NCBI GenBank assembly: GCA_016792645.1
Contig: JAEUMM010000052.1
Coordinates: 1 to 42,996, forward strand
Length of the DNA: 42,996 nucleotides
DNA from: Alphaproteobacteria bacterium
GTDB taxonomy: Bacteria; Pseudomonadota; Alphaproteobacteria; Micropepsales; Micropepsaceae
Reading direction: 5' to 3'
This document shows, one piece after another, positions 18,331 to 27,890 of this stretch. Numbering within the stretch: the first letter of the stretch is position 1; every line of letters begins with the position of its first letter. The position numbers were made by a program, and so were the translations under genes. The notes under the pieces are model-generated. The model made no database searches, was not told the origin of the DNA, and saw nothing but the letters and a program-made list of their open reading frames with translations.

Positions 18331-20010
18331 CTAGGAGCGTGCGGCGATCAACGCCTTCTGCAGGTTCTTCACGACCGAGACGGTCGGCTTCTTCGCGATG
18401 CCCATCGTCTCAAGAACCTTGAGAACGTCCGGTTGCACGTTCGACAAGATAGTCCGTGTACCCCGCCCTGCCGTATCGTCGATGAACTTCTCAAGCGCTG
18501 CCGCGCCGGACGCGTCGATCAACGGCACATTGCCCATGCGCAGGATGAAGGCCCTCGGCGGCGCGCGAAGGTGTTCCAGAACCTCGCCGAGACGTGCCGC
18601 CGCGCCGAAGAAGAAGGGGCCGTTGATGCGAAACACTTCCACGTCGGCCGGAATGTCGCCGCGGCCCTCGTAGATTTTCCGTTCGCTCGAGAAGTCGTCG
18701 ACGTCCTCGTCGATCATGCGCGCGGCCGTCGAAATCTCCACGGCGTTCGCCATCCGGTGCATGAAGAACAGCGCCGCCAGCAGAACGCCGATCTCGATGG
18801 CCGTCGTCAAATCGGCGATTAACGTGAGAGCGAAGGTGGTCAGCAGCACCGCCCGGTCGCCGGGCGGCGCCTTCATCAGATGCTGGAAGTTCTTGAGCTC
18901 GGCCATGTTCCACGCGACGACGATCAGAACCGCGCCCAGACTGGCCAGCGGCACGTAGCTGGCGAGCGGCGCGAGAAACACCATGAACACCAGCAGGAAC
19001 GCCGCATGCATCATGCCCGCGACCGGCGAATAGGCGCCGGCGCGAATGTTCGTTGCCGTTCGCGCGATGGCGCCCGTCGCCGGAATGCCGCCGAACACGG
19101 ACGACCCGATGTTCGCCACGCCTTGCGCGACGAGTTCGCAATTCGATCGATGCCGCCGTCCCGTCATCCCGTCGGCAACCACCGCCGACAGCAGCGACTC
19201 GACACCGGCAAGGAATGCGATCGTAAACGCCGACGGCAACAGTTCGCGCACGCGCGCCAGCGTGATCTCCGGGAGGTGCGGAGCGGGCAGGGTGCTGGGC
19301 AAGGCGCCGAAGCGTTCGCCGATGGTCATCACCGGCAAGTCCGACAGCCAGACGAGAGCGGCGCCGGCCACAATGGCGATCAGGAACATCGGCCACTGCG
19401 GCCGCCACAGCCGGCACCCGACAATGATGGCCAGCGACGTCATCGCGACGGCGAAAGTGGCGGGCTGAAGCGTGCCGGCGGCCTGCGTGTACGCGATCCA
19501 CTTCTCGATGAAGCCCGCGGGATTCTCGGCAAGACGCAGTCCAAGCACCTCCGCGACCTGGCTTGAGAAGATGATCAGCGCGATACCGGTGGTGAATCCG
19601 GTCACCACCGGGTGCGGCACATATTTGATGAACGTGCCGAGCTTCGCGAACCCGGCCAGGATCAGCATGAGCCCAGCCATCAGCGTCGCGATCACCAAGC
19701 CGTCGTAGCCGTGCGTCGCGGTGACGTTGAAGACGACGACGACGAAAGCGCCGGTTGGTCCGCCGATCTGGAACCGGCTCCCGCCGAACGCCGAGATCAA
19801 AAAGCCGGCGACGATCGCGGTGTAGAGACCGCGATCCGGCGTGACCCCGCTCGCGATCGCAAGCGCCATGGACAGCGGCAGTGCAACGATCGCGACGGTC
19901 AGGCCCGCGGTCGCGTCCGCAAGGAAGCGCTTAAGGTCATACCCCTCCCGCAGCACCGTCACGAGTTTCGGTACGTAAAGTCTCCAATACGGCGGCGCCT
20001 GCGAGGGCAT
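18331..20010 (-). CDS. SulP-family anion transporter with C-terminal STAS domain
   Basis: 559 aa. N-terminus MPSQAPPYWRLYVPKLVTVLREGYDLKRFLADATAGLTVAIVALPLSMALAIASG is typical of SulP. About 11 TM segments, then STAS (VEVFRINGPFFFGAA...LRMGNVPLIDASGAAALEKF). Confidence 0.9.
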   Translation of the reverse strand: MPSQAPPYWRLYVPKLVTVLREGYDLKRFLADATAGLTVAIVALPLSMALAIASGVTPDRGLYTAIVAGFLISAFGGSRFQIGGPTGAFVVVVFNVTATHGYDGLVIATLMAGLMLILAGFAKLGTFIKYVPHPVVTGFTTGIALIIFSSQVAEVLGLRLAENPAGFIEKWIAYTQAAGTLQPATFAVAMTSLAIIVGCRLWRPQWPMFLIAIVAGAALVWLSDLPVMTIGERFGALPSTLPAPHLPEITLARVRELLPSAFTIAFLAGVESLLSAVVADGMTGRRHRSNCELVAQGVANIGSSVFGGIPATGAIARTATNIRAGAYSPVAGMMHAAFLLVFMVFLAPLASYVPLASLGAVLIVVAWNMAELKNFQHLMKAPPGDRAVLLTTFALTLIADLTTAIEIGVLLAALFFMHRMANAVEISTAARMIDEDVDDFSSERKIYEGRGDIPADVEVFRINGPFFFGAAARLGEVLEHLRAPPRAFILRMGNVPLIDASGAAALEKFIDDTAGRGTRTILSNVQPDVLKVLETMGIAKKPTVSVVKNLQKALIAARS

Positions 20011-20216
20011 GTTCTTGCGCTCAAATTACGATAGCGAATCGTAGTATGGTCCCTCACCCACATGCGAAGCGAGCGAAGCGTTGCCGCAGCGCGTGTTTGC
20101 GAAACCTGATTCTCATTCACGCAAGAGTCGCCCGCGCAACAGTCGTGCGTTTGACACCTGACTCCCCTGACAGCGAGGATTCCCGCGCGTCGCGAGTGAT
20201 TCGCTAGAGGGGAATT

Positions 20217-21578
20217 TTGCGTATGTTTGAATCGGATCGTTTGGCCGAGATTTTCGGCCGCCTTGGAGAACCCGTCTTCCTGGCCCGCCATGCGGAACAG
20301 AATGGGCGTCACGAAATCACGCTGCACACAATGGATCGCAGAAGCGCCGCGCGCCTAGGCGTGCGCGTGCGCGATGCTCTGCGCCGGGAAGGTGCCGAGG
20401 CTACGTGCCGCGTCGTGGCTCACAATCCGCGCGCTTTGCGTCGCGTGCGCTCGCTTGAAGCGCTGGCCCGCCGCTTTGGCGATGGCCGCGTGGTCTACGA
20501 CCCGACCGGTTTTGTCGCGCGCAGTGAAGCTGTCACCGATTGCGCGCGCAAGCTTCGTGCGACGATTGGCGATGCAGTGCAGAGCATTCTCCTCGATACC
20601 GCGCGCCGCACCCTCTACGTCATCGTGCCGGAAACCGCCGTCGCCGATCGCGCCGACATTGTTCGCCGCGCCGGTGTCATGATGACCGAATGGCAGCAAA
20701 GCGTCGACCCGCGCTTCGCGCTCGCCGTCCGCATCGGCGTTGAGCCGCCGCGCGGATTGCGTTTGGTCAGCGTCGACGCGCACTCCACCGCGCAAACCAT
20801 TCGCCGCCAGCTCATTGAGCGCAAAGGCTGGGTCCGCGGCGCCATTGCCGTCGGCGCCGCAGCGCTCTTTGGCGCGGCCGTCGTGGTGCCCGCAGCGGCC
20901 GATCCGGCCGTTTCGAAGACGAACGGCTCCATCTTCGTGCGCGGTGGCGCTTACGACGAAACGGGCAGCGACAGCAACGGTGAAGGCGAAATCCTTGGCA
21001 AGGTGACGTTCCCAATCGGGCAAAGCTTCGGCGCGCAAGCCGAAGCGGCGGTCGGCACCGAAGAATACTACGGCTTCGGCGGCCACCTCTTCTGGCGTGA
21101 CCCCAGCTGGGCGATGGCCGGCGTGTTTGTCTCGTATGACGACACCAACGGCGTCGAGATGACCCGCTACGGCGGTGAAGTCGACGTCTACCTCGGCCAA
21201 TTCACGGCCGGTGGCCGCATCGGTCAGCAAGAAGGCGATGTCGGCGAAGGCACCTTCGGCAGCGTCGACGTCAGCTTCTATGCGACCCCGAACCTGGCCC
21301 TGCGCGCCGGCGTCGAATTCGAACCCGATGACGGCCGTGACGAAGTCGGCCGCGTCGGCTTCGAGTGGCAACCGGCGCTCGACTCGTCGCCCGGCCTCTC
21401 CGTCTTCGCCGACGGCGAATGGGGCGACGATTACGAACACATCCGCGCGGGTCTGAAGATCCACTTCGGCACCGACGGCATGAGCCTGATCGATCGCGAA
21501 CGCAAAGCCGACCCGACGACCGTGACCGGCAACCGCCGCCACGGCTACGGCGGCTACGGCTACACGCCGCCGTCCTAA
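20217..21578 (+). CDS. hypothetical protein: ~200-aa N-terminal domain + hydrophobic segment + OMP-like beta-barrel domain
   Basis: The C-terminal ~230 aa align by eye with the OMP at 7064..7939 (GFGGHLFWRDPSWAMAGVF / GFGANLHINWHDASEGTLGIF; FYATPNLALRAGVEF / YYATTRLKLSADLAY; AGLKIHFG / LGVRFHF). This supports the + strand over antisense ORF 20355..21587. The true start is uncertain. Confidence 0.6.
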   Translation: MRMFESDRLAEIFGRLGEPVFLARHAEQNGRHEITLHTMDRRSAARLGVRVRDALRREGAEATCRVVAHNPRALRRVRSLEALARRFGDGRVVYDPTGFVARSEAVTDCARKLRATIGDAVQSILLDTARRTLYVIVPETAVADRADIVRRAGVMMTEWQQSVDPRFALAVRIGVEPPRGLRLVSVDAHSTAQTIRRQLIERKGWVRGAIAVGAAALFGAAVVVPAAADPAVSKTNGSIFVRGGAYDETGSDSNGEGEILGKVTFPIGQSFGAQAEAAVGTEEYYGFGGHLFWRDPSWAMAGVFVSYDDTNGVEMTRYGGEVDVYLGQFTAGGRIGQQEGDVGEGTFGSVDVSFYATPNLALRAGVEFEPDDGRDEVGRVGFEWQPALDSSPGLSVFADGEWGDDYEHIRAGLKIHFGTDGMSLIDRERKADPTTVTGNRRHGYGGYGYTPPS

Positions 21579-21602
21579 CATCAACAATGGCAGTGAGGAC
21601 TC

Positions 21603-22868
21603 GTGAACCCATCAACGCCTGACCTCACTGCCAAATCGATTCTGTTCGCCTGGGAACTGGGCGCCAACCTCGGACATATCAAACCGATGTCGGCGCTCGC
21701 CCGGGCGCTTTCTTTGCGCGGCGCCCGCGCCACCTTCGCGGTGCGCGATCTGACCAACGTCCGTCAGATCGGCAAGCGCGGCGAATTCTCGATCCTTCAA
21801 GCCCCGGTCTGGCCCGATCACGAACACAAGGGCCACAATCCCGTCTTCGCAAGTTACGCCGACGTGCTCACCGGCATCGGCTTTGCCGACCCGAACAAGC
21901 TCGGCGCCGTCGTCGACGCATGGGAAGCCGTACTCGATCTCGTGAAGCCGGATATCGTCGTCGCTGATCACGCCCCCGCGTTGCAGGTGGCGTTGCTCGG
22001 CCGGCCGCAGCCGTTGGTCCTTGTCGGCACGCCGTTCACGATGCCGCCGCTCAACCTCGATCGCCTGCCGCCGATCCGCGCCGATCAAGCGCCGGCGCTC
22101 CCCGAGGCGCGCCTGCTGCAATCGGTGAAGTCGGTTCTCGCGTTGCGCGGTCGGCAAAGCCCCGCGCGCCTCGTCGATGTGCTGAAGGCCGACGAACGTC
22201 TGACCTTCGGGTTACCCGAACTCGATCCCTACCGCGCGTATCGGCAGGAACCGGTGCTCCTGCCGCCGGAACCGCTGCCCGCCTTCGTCGCACCGCCGCT
22301 CAAGCCGCGCCTCTTCGTCTACGCCGGTGCCGAAGTCCCGCACCTCGAAAAGATTATCCAGGTCCTGGTTACGATGGACATCGACGTCGTCGCCTATCTG
22401 CGCGGCGATGTCGGGCCGCTGCCGCATTTCTTGAAGCACCGCGGTCACGAAGTTTTCGACACACCGCCGCCGCTCAACGAAATCCTGCCGCGCGTGTCGC
22501 ATGTTCTGTCGCAAGGCGGTGCATTTACCTGCCAAGCGGCGCTCGCCGCCGGACGTCCGCATCTTATCATGCCGCTGCACAACGAGACGGAACTCAACCT
22601 CATGAACTCCGGCGCGCTCGGCGTGGCGCGCCGGATGGATCCGCCGAAAAATGAAAAAGAAGAAAAGGCCATGATCAAGAAGATCGACGCCTTCCTCACC
22701 GACGCACAGATGATGCAAAACGCACGGCAATGGGCGATGACGCTGCAGACGCGCCAGCAACCCGATGGGTTGGGTGCGGCGGTCGCCGCCGTGGAACGCT
22801 GTTTGACGCGCGATCAGATGCGCAGTTCGCGCCTGCGCTCCGCCGCCGCCGCCGCGCAGCCGTCGTAG
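21603..22868 (+). CDS. GT-B glycosyltransferase, GT1/MGT (UDP-glycosyltransferase/MurG-like) type
   Basis: 421 aa. N-terminal ILFAWELGANLGHIKPMSALARAL and C-terminal HVLSQGGAFTCQAALAAGRPHLIMPL resemble the UDP-glycosyltransferase nucleotide-sugar signature. Begins 24 nt after the previous gene. Confidence 0.7.
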   Translation: MNPSTPDLTAKSILFAWELGANLGHIKPMSALARALSLRGARATFAVRDLTNVRQIGKRGEFSILQAPVWPDHEHKGHNPVFASYADVLTGIGFADPNKLGAVVDAWEAVLDLVKPDIVVADHAPALQVALLGRPQPLVLVGTPFTMPPLNLDRLPPIRADQAPALPEARLLQSVKSVLALRGRQSPARLVDVLKADERLTFGLPELDPYRAYRQEPVLLPPEPLPAFVAPPLKPRLFVYAGAEVPHLEKIIQVLVTMDIDVVAYLRGDVGPLPHFLKHRGHEVFDTPPPLNEILPRVSHVLSQGGAFTCQAALAAGRPHLIMPLHNETELNLMNSGALGVARRMDPPKNEKEEKAMIKKIDAFLTDAQMMQNARQWAMTLQTRQQPDGLGAAVAAVERCLTRDQMRSSRLRSAAAAAQPS

Positions 22869-23785
22869 AAGGCGGCCATCACCAAACTCGCCGCGCCCGC
22901 CGACAGCCACCGCATCGGCGTCCAGCTCGAAAACCCTTTGGACATCTCCAGGTGATCCTTCATCAGGCTCACTGTATGCACCGGCAGCCACCAGCGCCGC
23001 GCCGTCATCATGCGCGCGTTATGCAGCGGCGCCGTCGTCACGCGGCACATCCACGCATTCGCATAGCCATAGCGCCAATAACGCCGCATCTGCGTGCGCA
23101 GGCCGTCCGACACGTCATGGCGCACATACCAATTGAAGTCGACGACGGTGCGCGAGCCGGCCGAAGCCAACCGGCACGCAAGCTCCGTGTCCTCGCCCGC
23201 GCCCGGGAAGTCCGGACCGAACCCAAACCCGCCCAGCTTCTCGAAGAGCGTGCGCCGAATGGCGACATTCGCCGTCACGAACAGCGGCGCGTCGGGCTGC
23301 GGCACAGGTTGCGGGATGAGCTCATAATGACCGTTCACGCGCTCGAAGAACCGCGGCCGTTTGGGCATGTTCGGCAACGTCGTCCCAACCACGACGTCGA
23401 GTTCCGGATTCGCGTCCAGCCGCGCCTCCAGCCAATCCAGCCAGAACGGCGGCGGCACGCAGTCGTCGTCCGTGTAGACGATGTAGTCGCCGCGCGCACG
23501 CGCCGCACACTCATTGCGCGCCCGTGCGATACCCACGTTCTGCGGCAACGGATGGTACGAAACGATGTCCGCGAACCGCGCCACGGCCTCCGCATAACGC
23601 GCATCGTGACTGCCGTCGTTGATGGCGACCAGTTCTCGCCCGCGATGACCCTCAATCTGAGGTCGCAAGCTCTCGAGAAGTCGCGCAAGTCCTTGGGGAC
23701 GGCGAAACGTCGAAACCGCAACCGAAATCCGTGGGGTGTCGGACAAGCGTGATCCTGTCAGAATCGCAAGCAACGCACACAGCAT
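22814..23785 (-). CDS. GT-A glycosyltransferase family 2
   Basis: ISVAVSTFRRPQGLARLLESL..., LVAINDGSHD, YIVYTDDDCVPPP. Alternative TTG start at 23746 (MSDTPRISVAV). 3' end overlaps the convergent GT1-like gene by 55 nt. Confidence 0.85.
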   Translation of the reverse strand: MLCALLAILTGSRLSDTPRISVAVSTFRRPQGLARLLESLRPQIEGHRGRELVAINDGSHDARYAEAVARFADIVSYHPLPQNVGIARARNECAARARGDYIVYTDDDCVPPPFWLDWLEARLDANPELDVVVGTTLPNMPKRPRFFERVNGHYELIPQPVPQPDAPLFVTANVAIRRTLFEKLGGFGFGPDFPGAGEDTELACRLASAGSRTVVDFNWYVRHDVSDGLRTQMRRYWRYGYANAWMCRVTTAPLHNARMMTARRWWLPVHTVSLMKDHLEMSKGFSSWTPMRWLSAGAASLVMAAFYDGCAAAAAERRRELRI

Positions 23786-23915
23786 AGGCCCGATCGGAAC
23801 TTACGGCATGCGTGCCGCGCGGTTCGTCCACGGCTTTTCGCGCGCCAGGTCTTTGCCCGCGGGCGATCAACGCTCCATTCTGAACCGCGATTCGCAAATC
23901 CACTCGGACCGGGCA

Positions 23916-24899
23916 ATGCCATACGACAGCGATCACGCCGGAACAGTGATCTCCGCCGATCCGCTCGTCATCTATGCGATGCACGCACCCGGCCGGCCGC
24001 TCGGTATCGCGCCGGCACATGCCGCTGCGCTGCGTGGCCGCAAAGCGCTGCTCCTGCTGGCCCTCGACGCGACGATCGAAGTTGAGGGTGCCGCCGGCGA
24101 ACTCGCGCGCGATCTGAAATCCGCACAAGCCGATCTCCCGGACGTCAACGTTGTCGTCCTGGCCAACACGCCATTCGAAGCCTACCTGCTCGCCGATCTA
24201 AGGATCTCCGCGATGCCGGGAAGCAGATCGATCTTCGTCGACGAAAGCGTCTTCAAGCCCTGGGACGGGCCGGCTGAGTTTGATGCCGTCTATAACGCCA
24301 GCCTCACGCCCGCGAACCGGCACGAACTCGCGCGCGACGTGACGCGCCTCGCGCTCATCTACGACCGCGACCGCTCGAACGATCCGAACCGGTTGGATGA
24401 GTTGAAAGCAAAACTGCCGCGCGCAACCTTCGTCAATCACGCCGAGGGGCAGGGGGCTTACCGCCATCTGTCACCGGAAGAATGCGACCGTCACATCAAT
24501 CGCGCGCGTGTCGGCCTCTGCCTTTCGCGGACCGGCGCGACGGTCGCCGCCATGGAGTACATGCTCGCGGGCCTACCGATCGTCTCGACGCCCAGCCGCG
24601 GCGGACGCGAACGCTATTTGCTGCCGCCCTTCTGCCGCCTCGTCGACGACAATCCCCCCGCCGTCGCGGACGCCGTCGACGTCTTCGTGCGCAAGCCTGT
24701 CCCTAAAGCTGTGATCCGCAATCACGCGCTGCATATGCTGCAGTTCGAGCGCACCAATTTTCTGATCGCGATCAACAATCTCGCGAAAGAGTTTTTCGGC
24801 GTCGAGACGCTGTTCGCCTCGTTCGCGCCGTTTCAAATAGGACTGATCAGTCCGCGCGACCCCCTTCCAATGCAGGCACCGGAGAAGGCCGCGTCATGA
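23916..24899 (+). CDS. GT-B/EX7E-like paralogue 1 (subtype A, degenerate motif)
   Basis: Start moved to MPYDSDHAGTVISADP (23916) by alignment with the four paralogues. Shares LANTPFEAYLL, PPFCRLV and FERTNFLIAINNLAKEFFGV with copy 3. The shared motif reads LSRTGATVAAMEY (first Glu lost). Confidence 0.75.
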   Translation: MPYDSDHAGTVISADPLVIYAMHAPGRPLGIAPAHAAALRGRKALLLLALDATIEVEGAAGELARDLKSAQADLPDVNVVVLANTPFEAYLLADLRISAMPGSRSIFVDESVFKPWDGPAEFDAVYNASLTPANRHELARDVTRLALIYDRDRSNDPNRLDELKAKLPRATFVNHAEGQGAYRHLSPEECDRHINRARVGLCLSRTGATVAAMEYMLAGLPIVSTPSRGGRERYLLPPFCRLVDDNPPAVADAVDVFVRKPVPKAVIRNHALHMLQFERTNFLIAINNLAKEFFGVETLFASFAPFQIGLISPRDPLPMQAPEKAAS

Positions 24900-25894
24900 G
24901 GCTCGACGTCCCGTTGGCCAAACGGCGCGCTGCAGGCGCAATCGTCAGCACCGACCCGTTGATCACCATCGGCAAGCACGAGGACGGTCTGCCGATGGGC
25001 CTCGCGTCGCTTTTCCCCGAACGTTTCGAGAGCAAGCCGTCGCTTCATTTCATGGGCCTCGACTGGACCGCGGAACCGCCCGACGAGGTCGCGTTGATCG
25101 CCGAAGAACTCGCAGACGCGCGCCGCCGTCTCCCCCTGGCCCGCTTCGTCTTCAACGTCAACACGCACTACGAGGCGGCATTGTTTTCGCGCGCCGGAAT
25201 ACCGAACATTGTCGCGAATGGAATGTCGTTCGTCGACGAGCGGACGTTCGTGCCGCCGCCCGCACCGTTCGCAGAGCGCCGCTACGACGCCGTCTACACG
25301 GCCCGCCTCGATCCCTTCAAACGCCACGAACTCGCCGCAAAAATTCCGACCCTGATGCTCGTCTACGGCACGCCCGAGGAAGGCGAGTTGGAGCACGTGA
25401 AGAGCATCCTCCCGCATGCGTACTACGCCAACCACGATGTAGAACCCGGCCGCTATCAGCACATCCATCACAGCAAGATGAGCGCATTGCTCAATCAGTG
25501 CAGCGTAGGGCTTTGCCTCTCGGCCGAAGAGGGCGCGATGCGCAGCGCGATGGAATACCTGCTGTGCGGTCTGCCCGTCGTATCGACGGAAAGCGTCGGC
25601 GGCCGGGACCGCTATTTCATCGGCCCGCACACGCGCGTCGTCCCGCCCGACCCCGACGCCGTCGCGAGCGCCGTGGCGGACCTCAAGGCGCGCGCCTTCC
25701 ACCCTATCGCGGTACGCGAATACGTCAGCCGCCTGGTCGCGTTTGACCGCCACAACTTTCTCACCAGCGCCAACAAGATCATCGAGCGCGAACTGGGCGT
25801 GCGCGATCGCTTCCGGTCGTTCGCGCCCTTCGCAGGCGCCGCGGTGCGCTGGCGCCTCGTTTCCGAAATCGAAGAGGAGTTCGACCGCCGTTGA
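24896..25894 (+). CDS. GT-B/EX7E-like paralogue 2 (subtype B)
   Basis: ATGA overlap with copy 1. VGLCLSAEEGAMRSAMEYLLCGLPVVSTESVGGRDRYF, SRAGIPNIVAN, YDAVYTARLDPFKRHELA, AVREYVSRLVAFDRHNFL. Confidence 0.8.
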   Translation: MRLDVPLAKRRAAGAIVSTDPLITIGKHEDGLPMGLASLFPERFESKPSLHFMGLDWTAEPPDEVALIAEELADARRRLPLARFVFNVNTHYEAALFSRAGIPNIVANGMSFVDERTFVPPPAPFAERRYDAVYTARLDPFKRHELAAKIPTLMLVYGTPEEGELEHVKSILPHAYYANHDVEPGRYQHIHHSKMSALLNQCSVGLCLSAEEGAMRSAMEYLLCGLPVVSTESVGGRDRYFIGPHTRVVPPDPDAVASAVADLKARAFHPIAVREYVSRLVAFDRHNFLTSANKIIERELGVRDRFRSFAPFAGAAVRWRLVSEIEEEFDRR

Positions 25895-26886
25895 GCGAGG
25901 CGCTGAACACGGACCCCTATGTCGGCGGACTGGTCGTCTCGGCCGACCCGGTCATAACCTATTCGAAGCGCAGCACCGATGCGCCCCTGGGTCTCGCAAG
26001 CGCGTGCCCCGAAGCTTTCCGCGGACGAAAGGCGCTGCATCTCATCGGCCTTTCCTACACGATTGAGCCGCGCCGACTCTTTGCCGAGCTCGCCGCGCAC
26101 CTCAAGGCTCTCGCGCCCGAACTGCCCGACAGCCGCTTCGCCGTCTTGGCCAACAGCGAGTTCGAAGCCTATCTGCTGTCGACGATGGGCGTCCCCTCGA
26201 TGCTGTCGAGCCAAGCGGTCTTCATCGACGACAACATCTTCCGCCCGCAGGAGGCGGAGCCGCGCTTCGACGCCATGTACAACGCTCGTCTCCTGCCGAT
26301 GAAACGTCACGAGCTAGCGCGCGACGTGAAGAGCTTGGGCCTTCTCTACGATATCGGTGCGGCGGAAGAGCCGCCGCAATACGACCATGTAAAGGCGCTC
26401 TTGCCTCACGCGACCTTCGTCAATCACGAGGTCGGCGGCGGAACGTACCGTCAGCTTAAGGTCGAGGAATGCGCCGCGCAGCTTAACACGGCGCGTGTAG
26501 GCCTCTGCTTGTCGGCCGAAGAGGGTCTAATGCAGGCCGCACTCGAATATCTCTTGTGCGGGCTGCCGGTCGTCTCGACGCGCAGCATCGGCGGTCGCGA
26601 CCGCTACTTCATGCCGCCGTTCTGCCGCGTCGTCCCCGACGATGCGGCAGCGATCGCCGACGCCGTCGCCACGCTGGCCGGCGCGCGTATCCGTAAGGCC
26701 GCGGTGCGCGGCTACATCATGCATCTACTCAAGTTCGAGCGGCACAATTTCCTCATCGCCGTGAATCGTCTGGCCAAAGAGACGTTCGGCGTCGACGATC
26801 TCTTCACCTCCTTCGCGCCGTTCGAACGCGGCCTCACGCGTTGGCGCAAGCTTGACGATGCCCTCGCGCCGCTGGCGGCCGCATGA
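25891..26886 (+). CDS. GT-B/EX7E-like paralogue 3 (subtype A)
   Basis: TTG start in a TTGA overlap with copy 2. VGLCLSAEEGLMQAALEYLLCGLPVVSTRSIGGRDRYF, LANSEFEAYLL, PPFCRVV, FERHNFLIAVNRLAKETFGV. Confidence 0.8.
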   Translation: MSEALNTDPYVGGLVVSADPVITYSKRSTDAPLGLASACPEAFRGRKALHLIGLSYTIEPRRLFAELAAHLKALAPELPDSRFAVLANSEFEAYLLSTMGVPSMLSSQAVFIDDNIFRPQEAEPRFDAMYNARLLPMKRHELARDVKSLGLLYDIGAAEEPPQYDHVKALLPHATFVNHEVGGGTYRQLKVEECAAQLNTARVGLCLSAEEGLMQAALEYLLCGLPVVSTRSIGGRDRYFMPPFCRVVPDDAAAIADAVATLAGARIRKAAVRGYIMHLLKFERHNFLIAVNRLAKETFGVDDLFTSFAPFERGLTRWRKLDDALAPLAAA

Positions 26887-27890
26887 GCGCTTTTGCCGGA
26901 CCCAAGCCCGGCATCGCGGCCGGCTGCGTGGTCAGCGCATCGCCGCTCGTCACCGTCTCGAAGCGTGAAGCGCCGCTCCCGCTGGGGCTCGCTTCACTCG
27001 CGCCGGAGCGCTTCGCCGACCAACCGTCGCTGAACTTCATCGGCCTCACGTGGTCCCACGAAACGACAGAACTCGTCGAGAAAGTCGCACGTGACTTTGC
27101 CGAAGCTGAGCGGGTGCTGTCCAAGGCGCGCTTCGTGATGCTGGCGAACACGCCGACAGAACAGGTTCAGTTTTCGCGCGCGGGCGTTCCGAACATCCTC
27201 GCCAACGAACTCATCTTCGTCGACGAGCGAGCGTTCGTTCCGCCGCCGCCGGGCGCCAAGCGCCGCCGCCGCTTCGACGCGGTTTACACCGCGCGCCTAC
27301 GAGAACTGAAACGCCACGACCTCGCGAAAGGCGTCGATAATCTGCTGCTCGTCTACGCCGATCCCGAACCCGCCGATTTCGCGCGCGTAAAGTTGGAACT
27401 GCCGAATGCGGTCTTTGCCAATCACGACCTCGGACAAGGCGTGTACCGACACATCGACCAGAAAACGCTACGCGACCTGCTCGGCGCATGCGGCGTAGGA
27501 CTCTGCCTGTCGCCGGTCGAAGGGGCGATGCGCGCATCGATCGAATACAGACTGTGCGGCATGCCGGTCGTGTCCATCCGCAGCGCCGGCGGACGCGATC
27601 GCTACTTGCTCGGTCCCCATGTCCGCGTCGTGGACGCCGACCCGGACGCAATCGCAAGCGCGGTGCGAGACCTCAACGCAACCGTCTTCGACCCCCTCGC
27701 GGTACGCGAGTTTGCGGGCAGCCTCATCGCGTTCGACCGGCACAACTTCCTCGGCGCCGTGAACAAGTTGGTGGAGCACGTATTCGGCGTCCATCACGCC
27801 TTCACGTCCTTCCGCCCCTTCGCTCGTTTCCCGGTGTCATGGCGGCAGCCGGCGGAGATCTTCGCGCCGCTCGACGCGAGGGCCGCATGA
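26883..27890 (+). CDS. GT-B/EX7E-like paralogue 4 (subtype B)
   Basis: ATGA overlap. VGLCLSPVEGAMRASIEYRLCGMPVVSIRSAGGRDRYL, SRAGVPNILAN, FDAVYTARLRELKRHDLA, AVREFAGSLIAFDRHNFL. Confidence 0.8.
   Translation: MSAFAGPKPGIAAGCVVSASPLVTVSKREAPLPLGLASLAPERFADQPSLNFIGLTWSHETTELVEKVARDFAEAERVLSKARFVMLANTPTEQVQFSRAGVPNILANELIFVDERAFVPPPPGAKRRRRFDAVYTARLRELKRHDLAKGVDNLLLVYADPEPADFARVKLELPNAVFANHDLGQGVYRHIDQKTLRDLLGACGVGLCLSPVEGAMRASIEYRLCGMPVVSIRSAGGRDRYLLGPHVRVVDADPDAIASAVRDLNATVFDPLAVREFAGSLIAFDRHNFLGAVNKLVEHVFGVHHAFTSFRPFARFPVSWRQPAEIFAPLDARAA

Noticed and set aside
20355-21587. 410-aa minus-strand ORF opposite 20217..21578
   Set aside because: Gly/Ala/Arg/Asp-rich. The + frame shows paralogy to the OMP at 7064..7939, so the + strand is preferred.
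22730-23752. 340-aa + strand ORF antisense to the GT2 gene
   Set aside because: Arg/His/Pro-rich shadow frame. The GT2 motifs are on the minus strand.
23736-23915. 60-codon N-terminal extension of paralogue 1
   Set aside because: Not matched by any of the four paralogues, and it would overlap the divergent GT2 start. Alignment places the start at MPYDSDHAG (23916).
27488-27886. 133-codon upstream extension of paralogue 5
   Set aside because: Arg/Pro-rich and overlaps paralogue 4 in another frame. The paralogue alignment and the conserved GGCCGCATGAGCGC junction place the start at 27887.
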